From Gammaproteobacteria bacterium (GTDB lineage Bacteria; Pseudomonadota; Gammaproteobacteria; UBA1113): a DNA stretch of 64,000 bases. Each line of letters starts with the position of its first letter. Position 1 is the first letter of the stretch. Positions 50,719 through 60,359 of the stretch are shown piece after piece. The notes under the pieces were generated by a model. That model saw nothing but the letters and a program-made list of their open reading frames with translations. It searched no databases and had not been told where the DNA came from. The DNA lies in contig JAJFKI010000097.1 of assembly GCA_021773295.1 (NCBI GenBank), forward strand, positions 2,508 through 66,507, in the 5' to 3' direction. The translations under genes were made by a program, and so were the position numbers.

Positions 50719-51975
50719 ATGGAATTGGGATACCTTTCTCTTGTTCTTGCCGGACTGTTCGGCTTTGTTATGGCCTGGGGCGTGGGTGCCAATGACTTAG
50801 CTAATGTCATGAGTACCACCATGGGCTCTAAAGCCATTACGATTCGTCAAGCCATTATTATTGCGATTATTTTTGAATTTGCCGGTGCTTTTATTGGCGG
50901 TATGCAAGTCTCTGATACTGTGCGTAACGGCATTATTAACACGGGTGCCTTGAGCCATCATCCTGAATTATTAGTGGATGGCATGTTGGCCGTGTTACTC
51001 GCTGGCACCAGTTGGATGTTGATCGCCAGTGTGTTTGGTTTACCCGTTTCTATTACCCATACCATCATTGGCGCCATGGTGGGGTTTGGTACGATTGTGC
51101 TGGGCGCCGATGCTATTCACTGGAAAACGGTGAGCTTTATTGCCATCAGTTGGATTACCTCGCCCCTTATTGCCGGCTTTTTTTCATTTTTATTATTTAC
51201 CTTATTACAGTACTTAATCTTTATGCGTCTTGGTCCCTTTCGGCATGCAAAACGTTACGCGCCGCTGTTACTCTTTCTTATTGGTATTGCCGTCTCCACG
51301 GTTAGTGTCATTCGCGGTTTAGGACACTTAGGTTTTGAGATTGGTTTTCTTGAGGCCGTGGCCACCACTATCGGTATTGGCTTATTAATCATGTTCATTG
51401 GCACCATCATGATTAACCGTATTACACCAAACCCTTATAGTAGCCGCCACAATCAATTTGCCGAAGTGGAAAAAATCTTTGGCGTACTGATGCTTTTCAC
51501 TGCTTGCGCTATGATCTTTGCTCATGGTTCTAATGACGTCGCCATTGCCGTTGGTCCGATTGCCGCGATTGCTACCATTGTCAAAAGTAGTGGCCAAGTC
51601 CTTGCCGGGTCGCACCCTCCCTACTGGATTACCTTTTTAGTGTGTACTGGTGTTGTCTTAGGGTTATTAATGTATGGTCGTAACGTTATTGCGACGGTGG
51701 GCAAAGGCATTACGTCGTTAACGCCCAGCCGCGCGTTTGCTGCAACGTTGGCCGGTGCTTTCACGGTGGTGATTGCCACGGGGATGGGTATCCCTGTTTC
51801 AACCACGCAAACCTTAGTGGGTGGAGTTTTAGGTGTTGGCTTAGCGCGCGGTATCGGTGCTTTGAATATGGTAGTAGTGCGTAATATTTTCATGTCATGG
51901 ATTATAACCATACCTGCTGCAGCCGTGTTTGCCATTATTTATTTTTATGCACTGCATTTTTTATTTCGTTTGTAG
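50719..51975 (+). CDS. Inorganic phosphate transporter (PiT family)
   Basis: GANDLAN and HGSNDVA signature motifs, PVSITH/PVSTTQ. Confidence 0.95.
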   Translation: MELGYLSLVLAGLFGFVMAWGVGANDLANVMSTTMGSKAITIRQAIIIAIIFEFAGAFIGGMQVSDTVRNGIINTGALSHHPELLVDGMLAVLLAGTSWMLIASVFGLPVSITHTIIGAMVGFGTIVLGADAIHWKTVSFIAISWITSPLIAGFFSFLLFTLLQYLIFMRLGPFRHAKRYAPLLLFLIGIAVSTVSVIRGLGHLGFEIGFLEAVATTIGIGLLIMFIGTIMINRITPNPYSSRHNQFAEVEKIFGVLMLFTACAMIFAHGSNDVAIAVGPIAAIATIVKSSGQVLAGSHPPYWITFLVCTGVVLGLLMYGRNVIATVGKGITSLTPSRAFAATLAGAFTVVIATGMGIPVSTTQTLVGGVLGVGLARGIGALNMVVVRNIFMSWIITIPAAAVFAIIYFYALHFLFRL

Positions 51976-51984
51976 GATACCGCC

Positions 51985-52389
51985 ATGTCTATAGAAAACA
52001 TGATTGAAGCTGCTTTTGACATTGCTGAGTGTGCCTATGCCCCTTATTCTAAATTCAAAGTAGGCGCTTGTATTAAAACGGCTAATGGAAAATTATATAC
52101 TGGATGTAATGTGGAAAATGCGTCTTACGGTTTGAGTACCTGTGCAGAAGCCTCAGCAGTTATAGAAATGCTATGCCACAAAGAACAAGCCATTGCCAAG
52201 ATCGTCATCGTGGGATTAGATTGCGACGATTATATTTCACCTTGCGGTGCTTGCCGCCAGCGCATTCGAGAATTTGCACCATTAGACACACCGATACATA
52301 TGGCAAAATCAACCACAGATTATATTACGCATACATTGGAAGCGTTGCTGCCATTATCCTTTGGGCCACAATTTTTGGAGAATAAATAA
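51985..52389 (+). CDS. cdd: Cytidine deaminase (homotetrameric type)
   Basis: AYAPYSKFKVGA, NVENASY, CAE, PCGACRQ. Confidence 0.96.
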   Translation: MSIENMIEAAFDIAECAYAPYSKFKVGACIKTANGKLYTGCNVENASYGLSTCAEASAVIEMLCHKEQAIAKIVIVGLDCDDYISPCGACRQRIREFAPLDTPIHMAKSTTDYITHTLEALLPLSFGPQFLENK

Positions 52390-53213
52390 TGAATGAAGTT
52401 TCTTGTCCAAAACAAGCCACTGCAGTTATTCATGACAAAATCGGTGATTTCAAACCGAAGGTAGGGCTAATTTTAGGATCCGGTTTAGGAGGGTTGGCCG
52501 ATCATATCGAAGATGCCACGAGTATTCCTTTTGCGGATTTACCCGGCTTTCCCTTAAGCTCGGTCTCAGGCCACGTCGGTCATTTAGTCACTGGATATTT
52601 AAAAGGGATGCCCGTTGCCTGTCTAAGGGGTCGTGTGCATTCTTATGAAGGTGTAAAACCCGAAAAAATTAAAATATTAGTACGCACTTTAAAACTACTC
52701 GGCTGTGAATCACTGATTTTAACTAATGCCGCGGGGTCGTTAGATCCAAGTATTGGCCCTGGCAGCTTAATGATGATTACCGATCACATTAACTTTCAAC
52801 CAAGTAATCCATTAATAGGCCAGAACGATGATGAATATGGTCCACGATTTATTGGGATGGAGGATGCTTATGATGTTGATTTGCGAACACAGATATTGGC
52901 CACGGCAAAGTCTTTAAATATTCCTTTAGAACGCGGTGTATACATGGCTGTGCTCGGCCCTAGCTTTGAAACTCCCGCGGAAATTAAAGCCTTTAGTCTT
53001 CTAGGCGCAAATGCCGTGGGTATGTCTACCGTACCTGAAGTGATTGTGGCACGCCACTGTGGTTTAAAAGTTGCTGTCATCTCAGCAATTACCAATTTAG
53101 CGGCAGGTTTGAGTGAAGAAAAAATCACGCACGAAGGCACGCTTTATCATGCGCAACAAGCATCACATAGTATGACACGATTAATTACAACCTTGATGGA
53201 ACGCTTATCTTAA
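52389..53213 (+). CDS. Purine nucleoside phosphorylase, trimeric type (XapA/PunA family)
   Basis: ILGSGLG, GRVHSYEG, TNAAGS, GPSFETPAEI, VGMSTVPE. Confidence 0.95.
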   Translation: MNEVSCPKQATAVIHDKIGDFKPKVGLILGSGLGGLADHIEDATSIPFADLPGFPLSSVSGHVGHLVTGYLKGMPVACLRGRVHSYEGVKPEKIKILVRTLKLLGCESLILTNAAGSLDPSIGPGSLMMITDHINFQPSNPLIGQNDDEYGPRFIGMEDAYDVDLRTQILATAKSLNIPLERGVYMAVLGPSFETPAEIKAFSLLGANAVGMSTVPEVIVARHCGLKVAVISAITNLAAGLSEEKITHEGTLYHAQQASHSMTRLITTLMERLS

Positions 53214-53933
53214 ATGTCTGACTCATTCGACAAAGAAACTCTGGTTAGTTTGATTGATTTAACCAGCTTGAATGAAAGCGATACTCAAGAAAGCATCTTA
53301 GCACTTTGTGATAAGGCCACAACTCCGTTGGGCACTGTTGCCAGTGTTTGTATTTACCCACAGTTTGTGGCATTTGCTAAACAACAGTTAGTAAATACAA
53401 CCATTAAAATCGCTACCGTTGCAAATTTTCCTACAGGCTCTGCAGAAATAAATACTGTTGTCACTGATATTGATAAGGCGATTGCAAACGGTGCCGATGA
53501 AATTGATATTGTGATGCCTTATCATCATTATTTTACGGGAAGCCAACATGCGGTATTAATGTTTTTAAAGCAATGTCGGGACGTATGTGTCGATAAAACC
53601 ATGAAAGTGATCTTAGAAACTGGGGAACTAAAACAAGTACCACTCATTAAAGCTGCCAGTGAAGATGCCATCAACGCCGGAGCTGATTTCATCAAAACCT
53701 CAACAGGAAAAACACCCACAGGTGCTACGCCAAAAGCAGCTAATGCCATGTTAACTACCATAAAACAAATAAATCCCGCTGTAGGATTTAAAGCTTCAGG
53801 TGGTATTCGTTCTTATGAACAAGCGAAGCAATATTTAACACTGACTGCAAACATCATGGGCACTGATTGGATTAATGCGCAACATGTGCGTTTTGGTGCG
53901 AGTCAACTGTTAGATGATTTAATCTTGCAGTAA
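53214..53933 (+). CDS. deoC: Deoxyribose-phosphate aldolase
   Basis: DLTSL, ATVANFP, GADEID, KVILETGEL, FIKTSTGK, GFKASGGIR, RFGAS. Confidence 0.96.
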   Translation: MSDSFDKETLVSLIDLTSLNESDTQESILALCDKATTPLGTVASVCIYPQFVAFAKQQLVNTTIKIATVANFPTGSAEINTVVTDIDKAIANGADEIDIVMPYHHYFTGSQHAVLMFLKQCRDVCVDKTMKVILETGELKQVPLIKAASEDAINAGADFIKTSTGKTPTGATPKAANAMLTTIKQINPAVGFKASGGIRSYEQAKQYLTLTANIMGTDWINAQHVRFGASQLLDDLILQ

Positions 53934-54794
53934 ATTTTCTAAGGCAAATTCAATTAAATTTTCCACGGTTTTTTTCGCATCATTCGTGAATTGTTTCTTT
54001 ATGCGATTAGCAACAATAACGTTTAGAGAACAAACTTTGTGTCCCAGTAAATTACCCACCCCATAAATACCAGCGGTTTCCATTTCAAAATTTGTCACGC
54101 GTAAATCACCATGGCGAAATTGTCCCAAGCGATCGATGAACGTTTCATATTTAGGTATTGCGCGTAATACTCGCCCCTGAGGACCATAAAATCCAGGACA
54201 AGTCACTGTGATCCCTGGATGACAACCTGAAGCAAATTTATTAATCAATTCAGGCGTACCGCCGGCAACGTAGGGTTTTACTGCAATGTCTGAAAAATAA
54301 TCCAACGCTGCCTTGGTGAGCTCTTCTTCTGCTTCACTGAGCTTGCGTTGGTAAAAGTGCATTAAGCTATCAAAGCCAAAGCCGAAGCTAGAAGCAACGA
54401 AGCTATCCACGGGGATATCTTCTTGCAAGGATCCGGACGTTCCGACTCTGACAATGGTGAGTGAAGTTTTGTCGTCTTTGATTGTGCGGGTATTAAAATC
54501 AATATTGACCAAGGCATCGAGCTCATTAAACACGATGTCTATATTATCCGTGCCCATGCCCGTAGAGACCACACTCAAACGCTTCCCTTGCAGATAGCCG
54601 GTATGCGTAGTGATTTCACGATTATCAACTTTGAGTTCAATTGAATCAAAATGGCGCGACACAGCATTCACTCTGTTGGGATCACCCACGGTGATGATGG
54701 TGGTGGCAATATCTTCTGGCCTTAAGTTTAAGTGATAGATTCTGCCGTCTTCACTGAGGATTAATTCTGATTCTCCTAGTCGATTTTTATCCAT
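53919..54794 (-). CDS. Nucleoside (uridine) phosphorylase, PNP_UDP_1 family
   Basis: IYHLNL, VGDPNRV, STGMGTDNIDIV, RVGTSG, GFYGPQGR, NFEMET. Confidence 0.9.
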   Translation of the reverse strand: MDKNRLGESELILSEDGRIYHLNLRPEDIATTIITVGDPNRVNAVSRHFDSIELKVDNREITTHTGYLQGKRLSVVSTGMGTDNIDIVFNELDALVNIDFNTRTIKDDKTSLTIVRVGTSGSLQEDIPVDSFVASSFGFGFDSLMHFYQRKLSEAEEELTKAALDYFSDIAVKPYVAGGTPELINKFASGCHPGITVTCPGFYGPQGRVLRAIPKYETFIDRLGQFRHGDLRVTNFEMETAGIYGVGNLLGHKVCSLNVIVANRIKKQFTNDAKKTVENLIEFALENLLQD

Positions 54795-54905
54795 AGTGCT
54801 TCCGTACGGTGTGCTAAAAATAATTAAACAATAGGTCTGGGAAGATACGCTAAGATCCGCTAGAATGCAAAAAAATTACTGCCACTGGGTACATGGAGTG
54901 AAAGC

Positions 54906-55541
54906 ATGAAAAAGTTATTATTAGTATTAGTCTCTCTTACGATTAGCATGTCGGCATTCGCAGCGACGCGTTATATTCACAGTGCCAAGGCGGTAAACTT
55001 GCGCGCTGGGCCCAGTGAGTATGCCGATAGTTCTGGCACATTAGTACCCAATACTCAAGTCAATGTCATCGGTACTGATAGAAGCACCGGTTATGCATTG
55101 ATTGTTACTCAGGATAAATTACGTGGCTGGATCGCCGAAAGTGAGTTAACCACGGCGACACCTAAAACGCCCGTCTTGGTACAACCCAATGCAGATAACT
55201 ATAAAACAACTAAAACGCAAATCGCTGCTGCCATTGTAGCCACCAGCCCTGCTAAAGTAGCCGCTGTTATGCCAGAAGGTAAGTTAAAACCGGCCAATAA
55301 CAACCCTAATAAAAGTTATTATGATGATGTCAAAGAAAAGTTGCATGCCGTCGCCAGCGCCAATGCAGCTGCACCGAATACGCTTGTTAAACTATCACCA
55401 CAAGAAATGAATAATTACACCGCCATGCAACGGGAAAATCGCGCTTGGTTTATTACGGGTGCAGGTATTCTCATTCTCGGTATGTTGCTTGGTTTGTTTA
55501 TCTCTCGAATTTCCTGGAAACGTCGCTCTACCTGGAGTTAG
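54906..55541 (+). CDS. SH3-domain protein (YgiM/TIGR04211-like) with C-terminal TM anchor
   Basis: Signal peptide, NLRAGPS...GWI bacterial SH3 motif, WFITGAGILILGMLLGL TM followed by KRRSTW. Confidence 0.82.
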   Translation: MKKLLLVLVSLTISMSAFAATRYIHSAKAVNLRAGPSEYADSSGTLVPNTQVNVIGTDRSTGYALIVTQDKLRGWIAESELTTATPKTPVLVQPNADNYKTTKTQIAAAIVATSPAKVAAVMPEGKLKPANNNPNKSYYDDVKEKLHAVASANAAAPNTLVKLSPQEMNNYTAMQRENRAWFITGAGILILGMLLGLFISRISWKRRSTWS

Positions 55542-55549
55542 GAAGTAAC

Positions 55550-56179
55550 GTGGCTAAATTACATTTTTATTATTCTGCAATGAATGCGGGTAAGAGTACC
55601 AACCTATTGCAATCGAGTTATAATTATCGAGAGCGTGGAATGGATACGTTATTATATTCACCCAGTATTGATAATCGCTATGCCATCGGTACCGTGACTT
55701 CACGTATTGGCCTCAGCGCAGACGCAACACCCATTGATGATACCTATGATCTGTTTACCCAAGTGCAACAAGCCGTCAAAGTTAACCCTAATATTAAATG
55801 TGTCTTGGTGGATGAAGCGCAATTCTTAACGAAGGAACAAGTCTTTCAACTCACTGAAATTGCCGACAAGCTTAATATCCCCGTGCTGGCTTATGGCTTG
55901 CGCTCAGATTTTCGTGGTGAACCCTTTCCAGGCAGCTTAGCCTTAATGGCGTGGGCGGAAGATATTAATGAAATAAAAACAATTTGCCACTGTGGTCGTA
56001 AAGCTACAATGAATATGCGTATCGATGAACAGGGCAACCCAGTCAGTGATGGTGAACAAATTGAAATTGGTGGCAATGATCGTTATATCTCAACGTGTCG
56101 GCGTCATTTTAAACTAGGCGAGTCCGGCATGAAAAAACATGCTGAGGAAGATAACAATAAGGTTGGGGCCCTGCAATGA
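55550..56179 (+). CDS. tdk: Thymidine kinase
   Basis: GTG start; AKLHFYYSAMNAGKST, VDEAQFL, YGLRSDF, CHCG, IGGNDRY. Confidence 0.97.
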   Translation: MAKLHFYYSAMNAGKSTNLLQSSYNYRERGMDTLLYSPSIDNRYAIGTVTSRIGLSADATPIDDTYDLFTQVQQAVKVNPNIKCVLVDEAQFLTKEQVFQLTEIADKLNIPVLAYGLRSDFRGEPFPGSLALMAWAEDINEIKTICHCGRKATMNMRIDEQGNPVSDGEQIEIGGNDRYISTCRRHFKLGESGMKKHAEEDNNKVGALQ

Positions 56180-56215
56180 TGATCAAAGAAACTCACTGTA
56201 AACACTTAAATAAAG

Positions 56216-57517
56216 ATGGATAAAATGACCAATGAATCAACAGTAATAGATAATGCCAACAGTAAACCCTGGTTGCCGTGGCTTGTGTGTTTGTCAGCCG
56301 CTTGCTTTTTCTTTTATGAATTTTTGCAATTGAATATGTTGAATGCGCTTAATGAAGATTTGATGCAAGCCTTTAACATTGATGCGACTCAAATGAGTTT
56401 TTTATCTGCGAGTTATTTCTTTGCGAACATGATATTTATCATTCCAGCTGGCTTATTGTTAGATCGCTTTTCGACTCGCACCATTATTTTAGCTTCAATG
56501 AGCGTGTGTATGATTGGCGCTATCGGGTTTGCCATGAGTGCTAATTATGAAATTGCATTATTCAGTCGCATTTTAATTGGCATCGGTGCGGCATTTTGTT
56601 TTCTAAGCAGCATTCGTTTAGCCTCGCATTGGTTTGAAGCAAACCATATGGCTTTGATCAGCGGATTGATCGTTACCTTAGGGATGCTTGGTGGCTGGGT
56701 GGCACAAAATCCATTAACCTTACTCATCGAACATATTGGTTGGCGCCATGCTTTATGGGTTAATGCCATACTGGGCGTTTTAATTTTTTTATTGATTTAC
56801 TTAGTGGTATACGATTATCCCAGTGATAAAGCCGAACATATAAAAGCCCATCGGCAGCAAATATCCGGCAGCGGTTTTTTAACAAGTATAAAACACTCTT
56901 ATTTGAATCCACAAAATTGGCTCAGCGGTCTTTATACCAGTTTGATGAATCTACCCATCTTTTTATTAGGCGCCTTATGGGGGATCCCTTACCTAGAAGA
57001 AATTCATCATTTAAGCCGTGATCAATCCTCAGTAATAACCGGCATGATTTTTTTCGGCACGGTGATTGGCTCGCCGGCTGCTGGATTTATTTCTGATAAA
57101 ATGGGATTGCGCAAGCGTCCTATGATCATTGCGGCCATTATTTCTTTAGCAATGATTTTATGGATGATGTATCAGCCAGGATTAAGTGCGAGTACCTTAG
57201 CTATTCTATTTTTTGCATTGGGTTTTATCACCAGTGCACAAATCATCAGTTATCCACTGGTCACCGAAAGCAATCCTATTTCTCTCACGGCGATTTCTAT
57301 CAGTGTTATTGCTATCTGTGCGATTGGTGGTGGCGCTGTGTTTCAACCTTTGTTCGGTTGGCTGATGGACTTCCATTTAAAACACCAGGTGGTTAACCAT
57401 GTCATGATTTATTCTGCTAATGATTTTCACCGCGCTATGCTGATCTTCCCTGCTGCGTTTGTGATAGCACTCATTTGCGCTATGTTAATAAAAGAAACCC
57501 ATTGTAAGCGCTTATAA
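56216..57517 (+). CDS. MFS transporter, Pht (phagosomal transporter)-like
   Basis: 12-TM MFS with FFFYEFLQ start, GLLLDRFSTR motif A, LWGIPYL, GFISDKMGLRK. The Pht subfamily assignment is from recalled motifs and tdk linkage. Confidence 0.85.
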   Translation: MDKMTNESTVIDNANSKPWLPWLVCLSAACFFFYEFLQLNMLNALNEDLMQAFNIDATQMSFLSASYFFANMIFIIPAGLLLDRFSTRTIILASMSVCMIGAIGFAMSANYEIALFSRILIGIGAAFCFLSSIRLASHWFEANHMALISGLIVTLGMLGGWVAQNPLTLLIEHIGWRHALWVNAILGVLIFLLIYLVVYDYPSDKAEHIKAHRQQISGSGFLTSIKHSYLNPQNWLSGLYTSLMNLPIFLLGALWGIPYLEEIHHLSRDQSSVITGMIFFGTVIGSPAAGFISDKMGLRKRPMIIAAIISLAMILWMMYQPGLSASTLAILFFALGFITSAQIISYPLVTESNPISLTAISISVIAICAIGGGAVFQPLFGWLMDFHLKHQVVNHVMIYSANDFHRAMLIFPAAFVIALICAMLIKETHCKRL

Positions 57518-59239
57518 AAAATAACAGGATGAGCAACGACTAGGTGGATCAGGACGAAATTCGTTTTCGATGATGTAATTAAGATCATCAGCTTGTATGC
57601 TGCCGTAAACGCTTTTTCCAGCACTTGCAGCAACGATTGGGACTTGTTCTTCATCATCATGATGCCAAAAACCATGTCTGCCACCGTCAGCAGGGACTAC
57701 GACTACGTCCGCAATGGGTGCTGCTAATGCGGGGCGCCGACGACAACAGCAAATGGCATTCATCCAAGTTTTGACGTTAAACCACAATGAACTATCTTCG
57801 TGGGCCTGTAAACTTTGGACACTTTGGATATCACGACTGTTAGTATACCAATAGCTTCCCATGACACAGGCACCAATGGTAAAAGCTAAAGTTCTACCAA
57901 GCAGTGCGCCTAAGCCACCTAAGGGCGATTCAAAACCCAGCAACCCGGATATAAGGAGTCCTAAACATAAGACATTTACAAAACCTGAAAGCATAGCAAA
58001 TAGGGTATCGTTATAACCTCGCATATTACCGGCAGCAATATTACGTACCGAATCGGGAATTAAACCGACACCGTAGATATAAAGCATTTGTGCGGCCAAA
58101 TCGTCGAAATCAACACTATCAATATGGTGCTTCCCTAAAAAGATTTCTAGCAAAGGTGTGGTGGCTGCAAAAAAAATAATGAGACAAGATATCGGCATGA
58201 TTTGCCCCATAATTTGTGTTGCAAAACCATAGGTTCTTGCTGCCGCAAAATCGCCTCGTCCAATCACTTTCCGCGTTAACACACCACCAACGTGGGCTAA
58301 GCTAAACGTTACCGAGGTCAAAATACTCGAAAGATCCCAAATGGGAGCACTAGCTGATAATGCTGTTGCACTGATTTTTCCTAGAATTTGTGAAAGCAAG
58401 GTGAGATAAATCGTTTCAATCCCTGCTTGTAAGCCAATATTAATCCCTTTCTTAAGAAGATCTTTAAACATTTTTAATGAAAAATAACATCGCGTTATGC
58501 CATAAGTCTTACGGTAATAAGGTCTGAAAAAAATATAGAGTGTCGTTGGGATAACACTTCCCCATGCAGCCAGTGTTGCCGCTAAGCCAGCACCACTTGC
58601 CCCCAAGTCAGGAAAGCCCCAGGCACCGTTTACAAAACCATAACTACAAGGCAGCATAATGAGTGAAAACAATGACACCTGCGCCAAGATAGCTTTGTAA
58701 TCACTCGTAGCCAATAAGACTTGTAAATTATTCATAAAAAAAGTATTAGCTGGCACGGCCGTCATGTAAATCACATTATAATCATTAACCAAGTTTAAAA
58801 AGTCCGGTGACTGATCTGTTAAACTTAAAATATTACTCATAAAATAAGTTGCCAGTACAGCAGGAACACTCACGATCGCTGAAATCAACATACCTTGCCG
58901 GTAAATTTCCCCAACATCTTCGAGGCGTCCTTCTGCTATCGCACCTTTAGCAAATACACCAACGGCAAAAATAACGCCGGTACTCGAGTAGAGTACGGAG
59001 ATTTGTGTGGTAGTGATTAGACTGCTTGCACCTAAATAGTAAAACCCTTTTTCACCCAAGAAAGTAAGATTCGCCATGGTGCCACCTAAATAAATTAAGC
59101 GACAACCAATAAATTTAAAAGAATGGTTGAAAATGTCTTTGATAGCATCTTTCAGGGAGATTGCTTCGGGATGCAGGACGATGAGCGCCTCTTCGTCTGA
59201 AGCTTCATCTAGCACCTCATCTTCTGCAATTTCAATCAT
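57512..59239 (-). CDS. MATE-family transporter with eukaryote-like N- and C-terminal tails
   Basis: GFPDLGASGAGLA, GNMRGYNDT, about 12 TM segments; extra acidic N-terminus and ~100-aa C-terminal tail. ATG 59239 preferred over TTG 59332. Confidence 0.78.
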   Translation of the reverse strand: MIEIAEDEVLDEASDEEALIVLHPEAISLKDAIKDIFNHSFKFIGCRLIYLGGTMANLTFLGEKGFYYLGASSLITTTQISVLYSSTGVIFAVGVFAKGAIAEGRLEDVGEIYRQGMLISAIVSVPAVLATYFMSNILSLTDQSPDFLNLVNDYNVIYMTAVPANTFFMNNLQVLLATSDYKAILAQVSLFSLIMLPCSYGFVNGAWGFPDLGASGAGLAATLAAWGSVIPTTLYIFFRPYYRKTYGITRCYFSLKMFKDLLKKGINIGLQAGIETIYLTLLSQILGKISATALSASAPIWDLSSILTSVTFSLAHVGGVLTRKVIGRGDFAAARTYGFATQIMGQIMPISCLIIFFAATTPLLEIFLGKHHIDSVDFDDLAAQMLYIYGVGLIPDSVRNIAAGNMRGYNDTLFAMLSGFVNVLCLGLLISGLLGFESPLGGLGALLGRTLAFTIGACVMGSYWYTNSRDIQSVQSLQAHEDSSLWFNVKTWMNAICCCRRRPALAAPIADVVVVPADGGRHGFWHHDDEEQVPIVAASAGKSVYGSIQADDLNYIIENEFRPDPPSRCSSCYFL

Positions 59240-59371
59240 TATTATTATCCACGATAATCCAGTGTCTGAGGATTGTACACTATAGCCATCGTACCTCAAA
59301 ATGCGCTTTACTAATTCCACAAACTTTGTCAAAATACTGCGCTTACAACGTCAAAAGGAGTCATAAAAAAA

Positions 59372-60352
59372 ATGGTCGCAAAAGCAGAGTTACATGTTCA
59401 TTTAGAGGGCACGCTTACGCCTTCTCTCATGCGAGAAATTGCTAAACGCAATAATATTCAATTCTCTGAAGATATTATTGGTCCTAACGACACCTTTTTA
59501 TGGAATGATTTTTTACATTTTTTGGAAGTGTATGATCAAGCCAGCATGGTGTTGCGCAATGCACAAGATTACCGTGACATGACCTATGGTTATTTGGCAC
59601 GCAGTGCAAAAGAAAAAGTTATTTATACAGAAATGATGATATCCCCTGATCATGCCGCTATGTGTGGTGTGGGCTATGAAGAACACTTAGAAGGTGCTAT
59701 TGCTGGCATCAATGATGCGCGTAAAGAGTTTGGCATTGAAGGACGCCTTATCATCACTGGTGTGCGCCATTTTGGACCTGAAAAAGTCACCGCAGTGGCA
59801 AAAAAAGCAAGCGTGAACCCGCATCCTTATATCATTGGCTTTGGGCTGGGTGGTGATGAAGCAGGTTTTCCTGCGAGTCAATTTAAAGAAGCTTATGAGA
59901 TTGCTCACAATGCTGGTTTGGCTTGTACCACTCATGCGGGTGAGTTCGCTGGGCCCGAGAGTGTGTGGGATGCCATTAATCATTTACCGGTGGTGCGTAT
60001 TGGTCATGGTGTGCGTTCCATTGAAGATCCAACATTAGTGGAAGAACTCGTGCATCGTGGTATTACTTTAGAGGTATGTCCGGGTAGTAATATTGCTTTA
60101 GGCGTCTATCCTGATTTTGCCAGTCATCCTTTTTTAAAATTACGAGAAGCAGGTTGTAAAGTTACACTGAGCTCTGATGATCCTCCTTATTTTGCTACTA
60201 CGATGGCAAGAGAATACCAAATTGCTAAAGAACACTTTGGTTTATCGGATGTTGAATTGATTGAAATTACAAAAGCTTCAATCACTAACAGCTTCGCAGA
60301 TGAAGTAACTAAGTCAATGTTGTTAAACAAAGTACGATTGCATTTAGCCTAA
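59372..60352 (+). CDS. add: Adenosine/adenine deaminase
   Basis: KAELHVHLEG, HAGE, RIGHG, EVCPGSN, SSDDP. Confidence 0.93.
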   Translation: MVAKAELHVHLEGTLTPSLMREIAKRNNIQFSEDIIGPNDTFLWNDFLHFLEVYDQASMVLRNAQDYRDMTYGYLARSAKEKVIYTEMMISPDHAAMCGVGYEEHLEGAIAGINDARKEFGIEGRLIITGVRHFGPEKVTAVAKKASVNPHPYIIGFGLGGDEAGFPASQFKEAYEIAHNAGLACTTHAGEFAGPESVWDAINHLPVVRIGHGVRSIEDPTLVEELVHRGITLEVCPGSNIALGVYPDFASHPFLKLREAGCKVTLSSDDPPYFATTMAREYQIAKEHFGLSDVELIEITKASITNSFADEVTKSMLLNKVRLHLA

Positions 60353-60359
60353 CCCTTGC

